From Scyliorhinus canicula (taxonomy: Eukaryota): 64,000 nucleotides of DNA. Below, piece after piece: positions 37,001 through 48,792 of this stretch. The stretch spans positions 2,734,345-2,798,344 of the forward strand of contig NW_024055461.1 in assembly GCF_902713615.1 (NCBI RefSeq), read 5' to 3'. The notes beneath the pieces are model-generated. The model searched no databases, was not told the DNA's origin, and saw only the letters and a program-made list of their open reading frames with translations. How positions within the stretch are numbered: the stretch's first letter is position 1; each line of letters begins with the position of its first letter. Position numbers and translations under genes: made by a program.

Positions 37001-38699
37001 AGTAGATAACGGGGAGCCGATGGATGTGGTATATCTGGATTTCCAGAAAGCCTTTGACAAGGTGCCACACAAAAGGTTGCTGCATAAGATAAAGATGCAT
37101 GGCATTAAGGGTAAAGTAGTAGCATGGATAGAGGATTGGTTAATTAATAGAAAGCAAAGAGTTGGGATAAATGGGTGTTTCTCTGGTTGGCAATCAGTAG
37201 CTAGTGGTGTCCCTCAGGGATCCGTGTTGGGCCCACAATTGTTCACAATTTACATTGATGATTTGGAGTTGGGGACCAAGGGCAATGTGTCCAAGTTTGC
37301 AGATGACACTAAGATGAGTGGTAAAGCGAAAAGTGCAGAGGATACTGGAAGTCTGCAGAGGGATTTGGATAGGTTAAGTGAATGGGCTCGGGTCTGGCAG
37401 ATGGAATACAATGTTGACAAATGTGAGGTTATCCATTTTGGTAGGAATAACAGCAAACGGGATTATTATTTAAACGATAAAATATTAAAGCATGCCGCTG
37501 TTCAGAGAGACTTGGGTGTGCTAGTGCATGAGTCACAGAAGGTTGGTTTACAAGTGCAACAGGTGATTAAGAAGGCAAATGGAATTTTGTCCTTCATTGC
37601 TAGAGGGATGGAGTTTAAGACTAGGGAGGTTATGTTGCAATTGTATAAGGTGTTAGTGAGGCCACACCTGGAGTATTGTGTTCAGTTTTGGTCTCCTTAC
37701 TTGAGAAAGGACGTACTGGCGCTGGAGGGTGTGCAGAGGAGATTCACTAGGTTAATCCCAGAGCTGAAGGGGTTGGATTATGAGGAGAGGTTGAGTAGTC
37801 TGGGACTGTACTCGTTGGAATTTAGAAGGATGAGGGGGGATCTTATAGAAACATTTAAAATTATGAAGGGAATAGATAGGATAGATGCGGGCAGGTTGTT
37901 TCCACTGGCGGGTGACAGCAGAACTAGGGGGCATAGCCTCAAAATAAGGGGAAGTAGATTTAGGACTGAGTTTAGGAGGAACTTCTTCACCCAAAGGGTT
38001 GTGAATCTATGGAATTCCTTGCCCAGTGAAGCAGTTGAGGCTCCTTCATTACATGTTTTTAAGGTAAAGATAGATAGTTTTTTGAAGAATAAAGGGATTA
38101 AGGGTTATGGTGTTCGGGCCGGAAAGTGGAGCTGAGTCCACAAAAGATCAGCCATGATCTAATTGAATGGCGGAGCAGGCTCGAGGGGCCAGATGGCCTA
38201 CTCCTGCTCCTAGTTCTTATTAGGTAAGCAAAACTAAGCTTTATTTACGAATTAGAACTGCTAGCAGTATGGCTGAGACTTGAAGTCGGAAGGCAGTCAA
38301 GTACAAACTGCTAGGTCCGTCCTAAGTCTGCGATATCACAGAAGAATAAGACAATTTTTATTCATTATAGGATCAAGATAACATGAATACAGCTTGGTCA
38401 GGAATTTGATCAAAAGTAAAACATAAGTAATAATCATTACAATGGCGTCACCTTGCTGACCTTTAGAGGACTCGGGGTCTCATATCATTATCTTGTCTTT
38501 GTTTTAAGAGATGGACAAATTTGTTTAATTACAGGAAGAGACAGTTTTTTAGCTTATCGTATATATTTAGACTGCTCTGGTCGAATGACGAACTTGTATT
38601 TGTGCCTTAGGTTATGCAAAGTCAGTTTAAATTCAATTGTACCAAGAAGACTTGACTAGTTTTCCCATCATGCCATTATTTGCTTCACACAATACCACA
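34076..38699 (-). mobile_element. Solo LTR (~34076-34136 plus ~38222-38699) split by a CR1 insertion
   Basis: TG...CA termini with imperfect inverted ends (TGTCGTAGT versus TGTGGTATT), 4-bp GGGG TSD within L1 ORF2, and AATAAA on the minus strand near 38241. Confidence 0.7.
34137..38221 (+). mobile_element. Near-intact CR1-clade LINE
   Basis: ORF1 34146-35093 (CxxC..CxxC plus SGNH esterase GDS..GTND..DGLH). ORF2 starts at the TAATG overlap at 35093 and continues after a 1-nt slip at the A8 run 35312-35319 to 38135 (APE ITETW/GDFN/SDHN; RT FQKAFDKV, GVPQGSVLGP, FADD). CR1-type 3' tail. Confidence 0.93.
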
Positions 38700-39863
38700 G
38701 GGGTAATCACCAGTTTGCACCAGGGAGAATTGATGGTGGGTTTTTGAGTTGGCATAGGGCAGGCATCAGGTGGATGGGAGACCTTTTCCTCGATGGGAAG
38801 TTTGCGACTTTAGAGGAGTTGGAGGGCAAGTGGGGTCTCCCCCCCTGGGAATAATTTTAGATATATGCAGATTAGGGCGTTTGTCAAGCGGCAGGTGGCG
38901 GAGTTTCCGCTACTGCCGCCGAGGGAGGTACTGGATAGGGTGCACTCGGGGACGTGGGTCGGTGAGGGTAGGATCTCGGCAATTTATCAGGTGGTGCAGG
39001 AGGAGGAGGAGGCCTCGGTGGAACAGCTGAAGAGAAGTGAGAGGTGGAGCTCGGGGAGGAGATCGACGAGGGGACGTGGGCGGACGCACTGGGGAGGGTG
39101 AATTTGTCCTCTTCCTGCGCACGGCTCAGCTTGATTCAGCTGAAAGTGCTGCATAGGGCGCACATGACTGGGGTCAGGATGAGCCGGTTCTTTGGGGGTG
39201 AGGACAGGTGTGGGAGGTGCTCGGGGGGCCCGGGGAACCATACCCACATGTTCTGGGCGTGTCCGGTGTTGGAGGGGTTTTGGAAGGGGGTGGCGGGGAC
39301 CTTGTCCAAGGTGGTCAGCTCCAGGGTGGAACCAGGCTGGGGGCTCGCGATCTTTGGGGTAGCATCGGAGCCGGGAGTGCAGGAGGTGAGAGAGGCCGGT
39401 ATCCTGGCCTTTGCTTCTCTAGTAGCCCGGCGTAGGATTCTTTTACAGTGGAGGGACGCGAAGCCCCCGAGCCCGGAGGCCTGGGTTGACAATATGGCCG
39501 GGTTCATCAGGCTGGAGAAGGTCAAGTTTGCCCTGAGGGGGTCGGTACAAGGGTTCTTCCGGTGGTGCCAGCCCTTTCTCGATTTGCTGGTGGAGGGTTA
39601 GCGAATGGTCTATCTCAGCAGCAACCGGGGGTGGGTTAAGGGGTTAGGGATCTGTTAAGGGGGTTTGTTTTTGCAACTGTTTGTTTGCTACTTTCTTGTC
39701 TTTTTGTATTGTTATTCATTTATTGCTCTGTATTTGGGGGGGGGGGGGGGGGGGGGGAGGGGGGAGGCGTGTTTCTTTCTGTTTATTTTTATACTCTGTT
39801 TATTTTATTATTGGGAGAAAATTTGTAGTTGAAAAATTTGAGTAAAAATTATTTGTTTAAAAA

Positions 39864-42800
39864 AGGCTGCTGGAACAGGGAGAGGATTTGGAGAACATGT
39901 CCCGTAAGCAGAACCTAAGGATTGTCGGCCTCCCGGACGGTACTGATCCCGTGGAGTTTGTGGCTAACATGTTCCAGAAGCTGCTGGGAAATGGGACTTT
40001 CCCCTGACCGTTGGACATGGATCAGGCGTACAGAGTGCTGGTGAGGAAGCCGCGGCAGGGACACTCCCCTCGGGTGATGGTGGTCAGGTTCCACAGGTAC
40101 CTGGATAAGGAGCGCGTTCTCCAGTGGGCCAAGCGCACGGGGAGCTGTAAGCGGGACAACAGCATTTTGCAGGTGTACTAAGATCTAAGCGTGGAGGTGG
40201 CCAAGAGGAGGGAAGGGTATAATCAAGTCAAGTTGATCCTGTCCAAGAAGCAGGTTAAGCTCGGACTGTTGCATCCAGCGCGACTTTGGGTTACGCATGA
40301 GGACCAACATCATTACTTTGAGTCGCCCGAGGACGCTATGGAGTTCGCCAGGAGGAAAGGACTGGTGCCAACGTCAGAACATTCTGCTCTCAGTTTGAGA
40401 AACTGTTTTTCCTGTTCGCTTTAAATGCTGTTTGCACTGATTTACTCGTTCGTTTTTGTTCTTGGCTTTTCTCTTCGATAATTGTGTTTTGTTTAAGAAG
40501 GGGAAAGTAGTTAAAGAATTATTCGATCTCGGTGGGTTTTCTGTGTTGTGAGGGGGATGGTGGTGGGGATTTTTGACTTTGTAATATTTTGAGTAGTATT
40601 ACTTTGATCTGTATTATGGTGAGAGTTGGCTTTGTTTTTCTTTCCTGACTTCGGTTGGCGTCTATTTCTTGGTTTCTTAAAGTGGGTGGTTGTCGGGGCT
40701 GGGTTGGTGAGGGCGATGGTTTTGATGGGCAGGGGGTGGGCAGGTAGGCAACAATAGGTGGGAGACGTGCTGGCGCCAGAGGTGTGGGCCACCAGGCTAG
40801 CTGTGTGAGCTAGTCTGCGGGAGCACAGTGGGGGGTGGGGGTGTATCCAATCAGATTAGGGATGGGGTTAGGTTACAGAGTGTTGTTGCTAGGGGGAGGA
40901 CGGGGCATTGTTCGGCTGACGATAATGTTGCAGGAGACGCACCTGAAGGTAGCGGACCAGATTAGGTTGAGGAAGAGCTGGGTTAGTCAGGTATTCCACT
41001 CAGGGCTAGATACTACTACCGGGGGGAGGGGGTTGCGATTCTGGTGAACAAGCGGGTGCAGTTTGAGGTGGGGTAGTATTGTTTCGGACAGGGTGGTCGC
41101 TACGTTATAGTTAGCGGTAAGCTGGAAGGGAGGAAAGTGGTCCTGGTCAACATATATCCGCCAAACTGGGATGATGCGGATTTCATAAAGAGGGTGCTGG
41201 GGAAGATCCCTGACCTGGGTTCCCACAAGCTGGTTATGGGAGGGAACTTCAATACAGTTATGGATCCAGGCCTGGACCGGTCGTGCTCAAAATCGGGCAG
41301 AGTGTCAGCAATGGGAAAAGAGCTGAGGGAGTTCATGGAGCAGATGGGGGGGGGGGGGGGGGGTCGACCCGTGGAGGTTTGGAAGGCCAACAGGGAAGGA
41401 GTTTTCCTTTTCTCGCACATCCATAGGGTCTACTCCAAGATCGATTTTTTAATACTGAGTAGGGATCTATTGATCGGGGCGGTGGATGTTCAGTATTCGG
41501 CAATCACCATTTCCGACCATGCCCCACATTGGGTCGAGCTACCGGTGAGTGTAGAGAGGTTCCAGCGTGGCAGTGGAGGCTGGATGTGGGACTGCTGGCG
41601 GACGAAGGGGTGTGTGAGAGGGTGAGGAAGTGTATACAAAACTACCTGCAGGTCAACGATACGGGAGAAGTCTCAGCAGCGGTGGTGTGGGAGACACTCA
41701 AGGCAGTGGTGAGAGGGGAGCTGATTTCAATCCGGGCTCACAGGGACAAGACGGACAGGGCAGAGATGGACCGACTGTTAGCGGAGATCCTGCAGATTGA
41801 CAGGAGGTATGCGGGGACCCCGAGTGCGGAGCTCTGGAGGGAACGGAGGAGGTTGCAGGCGGAGTTTGGGGTGGTGTCCACGGGTAAGGCAGGGGAGCAG
41901 CTCAGAAAGGCGAGGGGTGCGGTATATGAACATGGAGAGAAAGCCAGCAGGATGCTGGCCCAGCAGCTCAGAAAGGCGTGGGGTGCGGTATATGAACATG
42001 GAGAGAAAGCCAGCAGGATGCTGGCCCAGCAGCTCAGAAAGGCGAGGGGTGCGGTATATGAACATGGAGAGAAAGGCAGCAGGATGCTGGCCCAGCAGTT
42101 CATAAAGAGGGAGGCGGCTAGGGCAATAGGTATGGTGGTGGATGGAGGCAGTAACTTGGTGGGGGATGCGGCGGGTGTGAACAGGGCTTTCAAGGACTTT
42201 TATAGCAAACTCCATAGCTCGGAGCCCCCCGCGGGGCCGGAGAGGATGAGACGCTTCTTAGACGGCCTGACATTCCCAAAAGTGGGTAAGGAGCGAGCAG
42301 AAGGGCTGAGCGCCCCGATCGGAGCTGAGGAAATATTTGAGGGCATAAAGGCCATGCAGTCAGGTAAGGCCCCGGGGCCGGATGGGTACCCGGTAGAACT
42401 TTATAAAACGTTCTCCGGGATATTGGGGCCACTGCTGGTCAAGGTTTTTAATGAGGCAAGGGACAGGGGGTGCTGTCCCAGACAATGTCGCAGGCCACCA
42501 TCTCCTTGATTTTGAAACGGGACAAGAACCCGGAGTCGTGTGGGTCTTATAAGCCGATCTCCCTTCTTAACGTGAACACTAAACTGCTGGCAAAGCTTTT
42601 GGCCACTAGGATTGAGGATTGTGTGCCGAGTGATATTAGGGAGGATCAAACAGGGTTTGTTAAAGGTAGGCAACTGGTGGTGAATATAAGAAGATTGCTC
42701 AATGTGATCATGATGTCCCCCAGAGGGAAAGGAGGTGGAGGTAGTGGTGGCAATGGACGTGGAGAAGGCGTTTGACCGGGTAGATTGGGACTATTTATGG

Positions 42801-44908
42801 GAGATGCTGGGATGGTTTGGATTTGGGGTGGGTTTCATTGACTGGGTCAGGCTGCTATATCAGGCCCCGGAGGCGGGTGTGAGGCCAACAGGACGATTTC
42901 CGACTATTTTAGACTGCATCGCGGGACGAGACAGGGGTGCCCCCTCTCCCCACTGCTGTTTGTGCTATAGAGCCGCTGGCAATTGCTCTGAGGGCTTCAG
43001 AGGGTTGGAAGGGGCTGGTTCAAGGGGTGGTGGAGCAGAGTTTCATTGTCCGCAGGTGACCTGTTCTTGTACGTTTCGGACCCGATGGTGGGGATGGACG
43101 GAAACATGGCGACCCTGGGGGAATTCGGCCGATTTTCGGGGTACAAATTGAATATGACAAAAAGTGAAATGTTTGTAGTTCAGGAGAGGGGCCAAGGGAA
43201 CCGGCTGAGGGAGTTGCCGTTCCTGTTAGTTGGGGACAGTTTCAGGTACCTGGGAATACAAGTGGCGCGGGATTGGGGTCGACTGCACAAGCTGAACCTG
43301 TCCTGGTTGGTAGATCAAATGCGAGGGGAGTTCTGGAGGTGGGATGCGCTCCCGCTGTCATTAGCTGGGAGAGTGCAGACAGTTAAAATGACGGTCCTCC
43401 CGAGGTTCTTATTCGTGTTCCAGTGTCTCCCCATTTTCATTCCACGTTCCTTTTTTAAGAGAGTAAACAAGATCATTTTGGGCTTTGTGTGGGCGGGCAA
43501 GTCCCCGCGAGTGAAGAGGGTGATGCTCGAGTGGAACCAGGGGGAAGGGGGGCTTGCACTGCCGAATTTCAGCAACTATTATTGGGCGGCTCACGTAGCC
43601 ATGTTGAGGAAGTGGGTGGTGGGGGGAGGGTCGGCTTGAGAGCGGGTGGAGGCAACCTCGTGTAGGGGTACCAGTCTGGGAGCGTTGGTGACGGTGTCTC
43701 TGCCGTTCCCGCCGGCGCGCTTCTCTACCAGCCCTGTAGTGGTGGCGGCCCTTCGGATCTGGGGACAGTGGAGGAGGCAAGTGGGAGCAACGGGAGCATC
43801 GGTCCTGGTCCCCGATATGTGACAACCATCGGTTTGCCCCGGGGAGGTTGGACGGGGGTTCTGGGTATGGCGGAGGGCTGGGATTGAGCGGATGGTGATT
43901 TGTTTTTGGAAGGGAGCTTCCCTAGCTTGAGGGCGCTGGAGGCCAAGTTTGGGTTGACGAGCAGGAATGAATTCCGGTATATTCAGATGCGGGACTTTTT
44001 GCGCAGGCAGGTGCCATCTTTTCCCCTCTTGCCTCTAAAGGGAATCCAAGATAGGGTAGTGTCTAGAGGATGGGTGGGGGAGGGAAATGTCTCGGATATT
44101 TGCAAGGAGTTCATGGGGGCGGAGGAGATGCAGACCGAGGAGCTGAGGCATGGGAGGAGGAGTTGGGAGGGGAGATTGAGGAATGCCTGTGGGTGGACGC
44201 GCTGAGCAGGGTTAATGGGACTGCAACATGTGCCAGGCCAGGCCAGATTCAATTTAAGGTCGTCCACTGGCCCACATGACAGTGTCCTGGATGAGCAGAT
44301 TCTTCGGCGTAGAGGACAGGTGTGTAAAGTGTCTGAGAGGACCGGCAGACCATGTCCACATGTTTTGGACGCGTCCAAAACTGAGGAGATAATGGCAGGG
44401 GTTCGAGGACGTCATGTCCAGAGTATTGAACACGAGGTTGGCAATGGGTCCAGAAGTGGCGATTTATGGGGTTTCAGGGGCCCCGGAAGTCCAGGGGGAG
44501 AAAGAGGTCGATGTCTTGTCCTTTGCTTCCCTGGTAGCCCGGAGACGGATACTTCTATCTTGGAGGGACTCAAAGCCCCCAAAGTCGGAAGCCTGGCTGT
44601 CAGACATGGCGAGTTTCCTGGGCTTAGAGAAAGTCAAGTTCGCCTTGAGAGGGTCGTTGTTAGGATTCGCCCGGAGGTGGCAGCTGTTTATTGACTTCTT
44701 TGGGGAGAATTAATTGTCAGCGGGGCAGGGCGGGGAGCGAGGGTGAGGGTAATGTAGTATAGGGGGTCATTTAGGCAGATCCGGGAGGGGTGGGCTACAG
44801 CAATTGCACTATGTACTTTGTTTACTGTACAACCCTTTTGTTTTCATGTTCTGTAATTCTACTGTTTACAATGTCGGAAAATACCTCATTAAAATTGTTT
44901 ATTAAAAA
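39864..44908 (+). mobile_element. 5'-truncated L1-clade LINE copy 3, degenerate
   Basis: C-terminal half of ORF1 (RKQNLRIVGLP), APE and RT remnants (DVEKAFDRV, MTVLPRFLFVFQCLP), A-rich end at ~44905. Confidence 0.87.
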
Positions 44909-45029
44909 TTTTTTTTAGCCAGAATATTAGCCCCTGTAAATGGGCTGGAGTTTGTTATCAGCAGGAAGAGACCCAAATGAACATGGTTCAGTCCTGAATG
45001 TGAGGAACAGCAAAACCCAATCATTATGG

Positions 45030-45869
45030 TTACTTGTGGCTTCGTTGGTGTCTCCGCAGGGAGGATGACTGAGTGAATCCCTTCCCACACTGAGAGCAGG
45101 CGAATGGCCTCTCCCCAGTGTGACTTCGCTGATGTTCAGTTAGGTCAGATGATCGTCTGAACCCAGTCCCGCAGTGAGAGCACCTGAACGGTTTCTCATC
45201 AGTGTGAACACGTTGATGGTACATTAGTTCCCCAGAACTTTTGTAGCACTTGCCACAGTCTGGACATTGAAACGGTCTCTCATCAGTGTGAACTCGCTGG
45301 TGATTCAGCAGGTGGGATAACTGAGTGAATCTGTTTCCACACTTGGAGCAGGTGAATGGTCTCTCCCCAGTGTGAATTCGCTGATGTACAGTAAGGTGAC
45401 ATGAGTGTCTGAACCCAGTCCCGCAGTGAGAGCACCTAAACGGTTTCACGTCAGTGTGAATACGTTGATGGCACATTAGATTCCCAGAACTTTTGTAGCA
45501 CTTCCCGCAGTCTGGACATTGAAATGGTCTCTCGTCAGTGTGAACTCGCTGGTGTTTCAGCAGGTCAGTTGACTTAGTAAATCCCTTCCCACACTCGGAG
45601 CAGGTGAATGGTCTCTCCCCAGTGTGAACTCGCTGGTGATTCCGCAGGGCCGTTAACTGAGTAAATCCCTTCCCACACTTGGAGCAGGTAAATGGTCTTT
45701 CCCCAGTGTGACTGCGTCGATGAGTTTCCAGCTGGGATGGGTAAGTGAATCCTTTCCCACAGTCCGTACATTTCCACGGTTTCTCCTCCGTGTGACTGCA
45801 TTTCTGTCTCATGGGGCCTGATGTCGTGTACGGTTTCTCCCCACTGTGAACGATGCTTGGTCCTTCCAT
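45030..45869 (-). CDS. C2H2 zinc-finger protein A (9 fingers, no recognisable effector domain)
   Basis: ATG at 45869 ([14 protein letters not shown]...), nine CxxC..H..H fingers with TGERP/TDERP linkers, stop at 45030. Exon acceptor tttcacag|45977; the frame is open back to it. Confidence 0.9.
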   Translation of the reverse strand: MEGPSIVHSGEKPYTTSGPMRQKCSHTEEKPWKCTDCGKGFTYPSQLETHRRSHTGERPFTCSKCGKGFTQLTALRNHQRVHTGERPFTCSECGKGFTKSTDLLKHQRVHTDERPFQCPDCGKCYKSSGNLMCHQRIHTDVKPFRCSHCGTGFRHSCHLTVHQRIHTGERPFTCSKCGNRFTQLSHLLNHQRVHTDERPFQCPDCGKCYKSSGELMYHQRVHTDEKPFRCSHCGTGFRRSSDLTEHQRSHTGERPFACSQCGKGFTQSSSLRRHQRSHK

Positions 45870-47526
45870 ATTCAAAATCTGCTGATATTCAGGATATGAT
45901 AAATTGAGGGCTCTGTCAGATCCTGATGTGATGCTTGGTTTGAGTTTTCGGACTTTGAAGCCTCCCTTTGGAACACCCTGTGAAACTGATTAAAAAGAAA
46001 AATTAGAGAGTGAGAGAGAACCCACAAAAACACAAAGGCAGGTTGTGAAATTGAGCTGAATGAATCTGGTCATTTGTGGGGCCGACACTGGGAAGAAGTG
46101 ACCAAGAAAACTGCTGGATTGTCATAAAAACCCAACTGGCCTCTTTGGGAGGAGAGAGAAAGAGATGAAGAGGGATTTTGTATATCTACAAGACATATTA
46201 AGAGAGTAGTTGGCAAAGCAAATTCGATCTGAGCTTCATCAAGAGTAATATTGACAGGAAACTATGCCCCTGGTGGCACGGTGGTTAGCACTGCTGCCTC
46301 ACAGTGCCAGGGACCCGGGTTCAATTCCGGCCTGGATGACTGTGTGGAGTTTGCACTTTCTCCCGTGTCTGCGTGGGTTTCCACCCGGTGCTCAGGTTTC
46401 CTCCAACATCATAAAGAAGGGAAAGTTAGGTGGATTGGCCTTGATAAATTGCCCCTTAGTGTCCAGGGATGTGCAGGTTAGGTGGGGCTATGGGGTTACA
46501 GGGACAGGGTAGGGGTGTGGGCCTGGGCAGGGTGCCCTTTCAGAGAATCAATGCAGACTCGATGGGCCGAATGGCCTCCTTCTGCACTATAGGAATTCTA
46601 TGGTTCTAATTCTATCCTGTGAATCTTTATAAAGCTCGGGTGTAGAAGTCAACTATTTCCTAACACACCTAATAGGTAAAAGATAGCTATTTAGGATAAA
46701 TATTAAGCCCCAGTTTTACCCATTTTAAATGAAGGATTTCAACATTCTCATAACCTCAGGTCAGCTCAAAACATACAGCTTACAAAACAGCATCCTTTTT
46801 ACTGTCCTAATGATTTTCCAGAGACCTACAATTAATATCTTTACTGTCCTAATCATGTCCCAGAGTCACACAAATATATTTTACTGTCCCAATGATTTTC
46901 CAGACACCCAGGTATGAATCTCACCAAGGCAGAAGGTAAAATTTGAATTCGTTGATAGTTTACTGATGACCATGAAACCATTGTTGGTTGTTGCAAATAC
47001 CCATCTGGTTCACTCCTGTCCTTCAGTGAAGGAAATCTTCTATCCTTACCTGGTCTGGCCTACATGTGACTCCAGATCCACAGTCAGCTAGTTGACCCTT
47101 AAAATGCTCTCTGAGATACACTCAGTTCAAGGGTAATTAGGGATGGGCAGTGAATGCTGGCCCAGCCAGCGACACCCACATCCCGTGAATGAATAGAAAA
47201 GAAAATCTGCCATCCTTACCTGGTCTGGCCGACACGATTCCAAACCACAGCAATGTGGTTGACTCTTTAAATGCCCTCCGAGTTGGCCGAGCCAGCCACT
47301 CAGTTTGAGGGAAATTAGGGATGGGTAATAAATGTTGGCCCAGCCAGTGACTCCCACAAATGATTCAAATAAAATCCTGGAGACTCCAGTCAGTCAATCC
47401 GGGAGAGTTGGCATCCGGTCCAGGCTCGCAGTGCATAATAATAATAACCGCTTATTGTCACAAAAAGGCTTTAATGAAGTTACTGTGAAAAGCCCCTAGT
47501 TGCCACATTCCGGCGCCTGTTCGAGG

Positions 47527-47705
47527 ACTCCGCCCCTCATTCACTCCAATTGATTGGAGGACCAGCAGCTCCAGGTCAGTCCTCCAGTCCCACCCCTCCT
47601 CTTCCTATTGGTCATGAGCTGCCATCAATCAGCCTGGGCATTGTGACGGTTCCAGATGGTGAGAGCGGCCACAGGCTCAGGCTGACTCGCTGATTGTCCA
47701 ATAAT
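47527..47705 (-). promoter_or_regulatory. Paralogous CCAAT/GC-box module upstream of ZNF-A
   Basis: Its reverse complement aligns by eye with 59992-60160 (acaatcagcgagtcagcctg...ctctcaccatctg..ccgtcacaatg..ccaataggaagaggagg..gtgaatgaggggcgg). Confidence 0.55.
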
Positions 47706-48719
47706 AACAGTGAGAGTCTCAGTGGGACAATCAGACAATAATAGTGGAGATGGGGCCCAGAGGGGAAATAGCAAAGGATTCACTCACTTTGAGAGTAACA
47801 CACACAGTGTCTGTTCTCTTAATAAGAGTCAGGCTGCAGTGTGTGTGAGTGAACACATCATTGGATCAAATGTAGAATCATGGAATCCCCTCAGTGCAGA
47901 AGGAGGCCATTCAGCCCATCGAGTCTGCAACAACCTTCTGAAAGAGCATCCTACCGTGGCGAATTTCCCACCCTATCCCCACAATCCCCTCCCAGTGACA
48001 ATTTAACACAGTCAGTCCATCTAACCTGCACATCTGTGGACTGCAGGAGGAAACCAGTGCACCTGGAGGAAATCAATGTATACACAGGAAGAATGTACAA
48101 ACTCCAAAAGTGACCCTAGGTCGGAAAATTAGTCACAGAATCTACAGTGCAGAAGGGGACCATTCAGCCCATCGAGTTGGCACCGGTATTACCTGATCTG
48201 GCCAACTCAAATGGTTAATTCTGAATTGCACTCTGAAATTGCCTAGCAAGCCACTCAGTTTAAGGGCAATTAGGAATGGGCAACCAAGCTGGGTTGCCCG
48301 TGACACTCGCATCCCATAAAGAAGAGAGAAAATCAAAGGGCTGTTTCCAGTGCCGGTTTCGAAGGAATCAGTACTGGGCCCTTCACTCCTGGTTACATCA
48401 TTGATTTGAAAGTAAATGTAGAAGCATGAATAACAAGTTTACCTGTGACGGAAAAATGATTAAACACTTGACAGTGAGGAAGAAAGCTGGAGGGGAAACA
48501 AGGCAAAGGATTACATGATAAATGGCAGGACAGGACTAGTTAGGCCAGAGCTAGATTCCTGTGCACAGGAAGATTGCACTAAAGGGAGTACAGAGGAGAT
48601 TTAACGACATCAGCCAGAAATTGACAATGTTTGCTCGGAGGAAAGTTTGGATAAACTGAGGCTGTTTTTTTTGGAACAGAAAAGACTGAGGGGAGACAAA
48701 AATGAAATTATGAAAAACA

Positions 48720-48792
48720 GCCCGGCTAGCTCAGTCGGTCGAGCATGGGACTCTTAATCCCAGGGTCGTGGGTTCAAGACCCACGTTGGGCG
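48720..48792 (+). tRNA. TRK-CTT: tRNA-Lys, anticodon CTT (variant or possible pseudogene)
   Basis: GCCCGGCTAGCTCAGTCGGTCGAGCATGGGACTCTTAATCCCAGGGTCGTGGGTTCAAGACCCACGTTGGGCG, 73 nt; cloverleaf stems pair. Three differences from the usual vertebrate Lys-CTT sequence as I recall it. Confidence 0.88.

Larger units (their letters stand above)
29420..39863 (+). mobile_element. L1-clade LINE copy 2, interrupted by a CR1 tail (29632-29790), a SINE (30910-31035) and a solo LTR/CR1 block (34076-38699)
   Basis: ORF1 remnant 29594-30528 ending AWAFVHAEKVDSN*. ORF2 remnants 31259-34075, resuming at 38700 (PIRG|NHQFAPGRIDGG); A-rich end near 39863. Confidence 0.88.
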
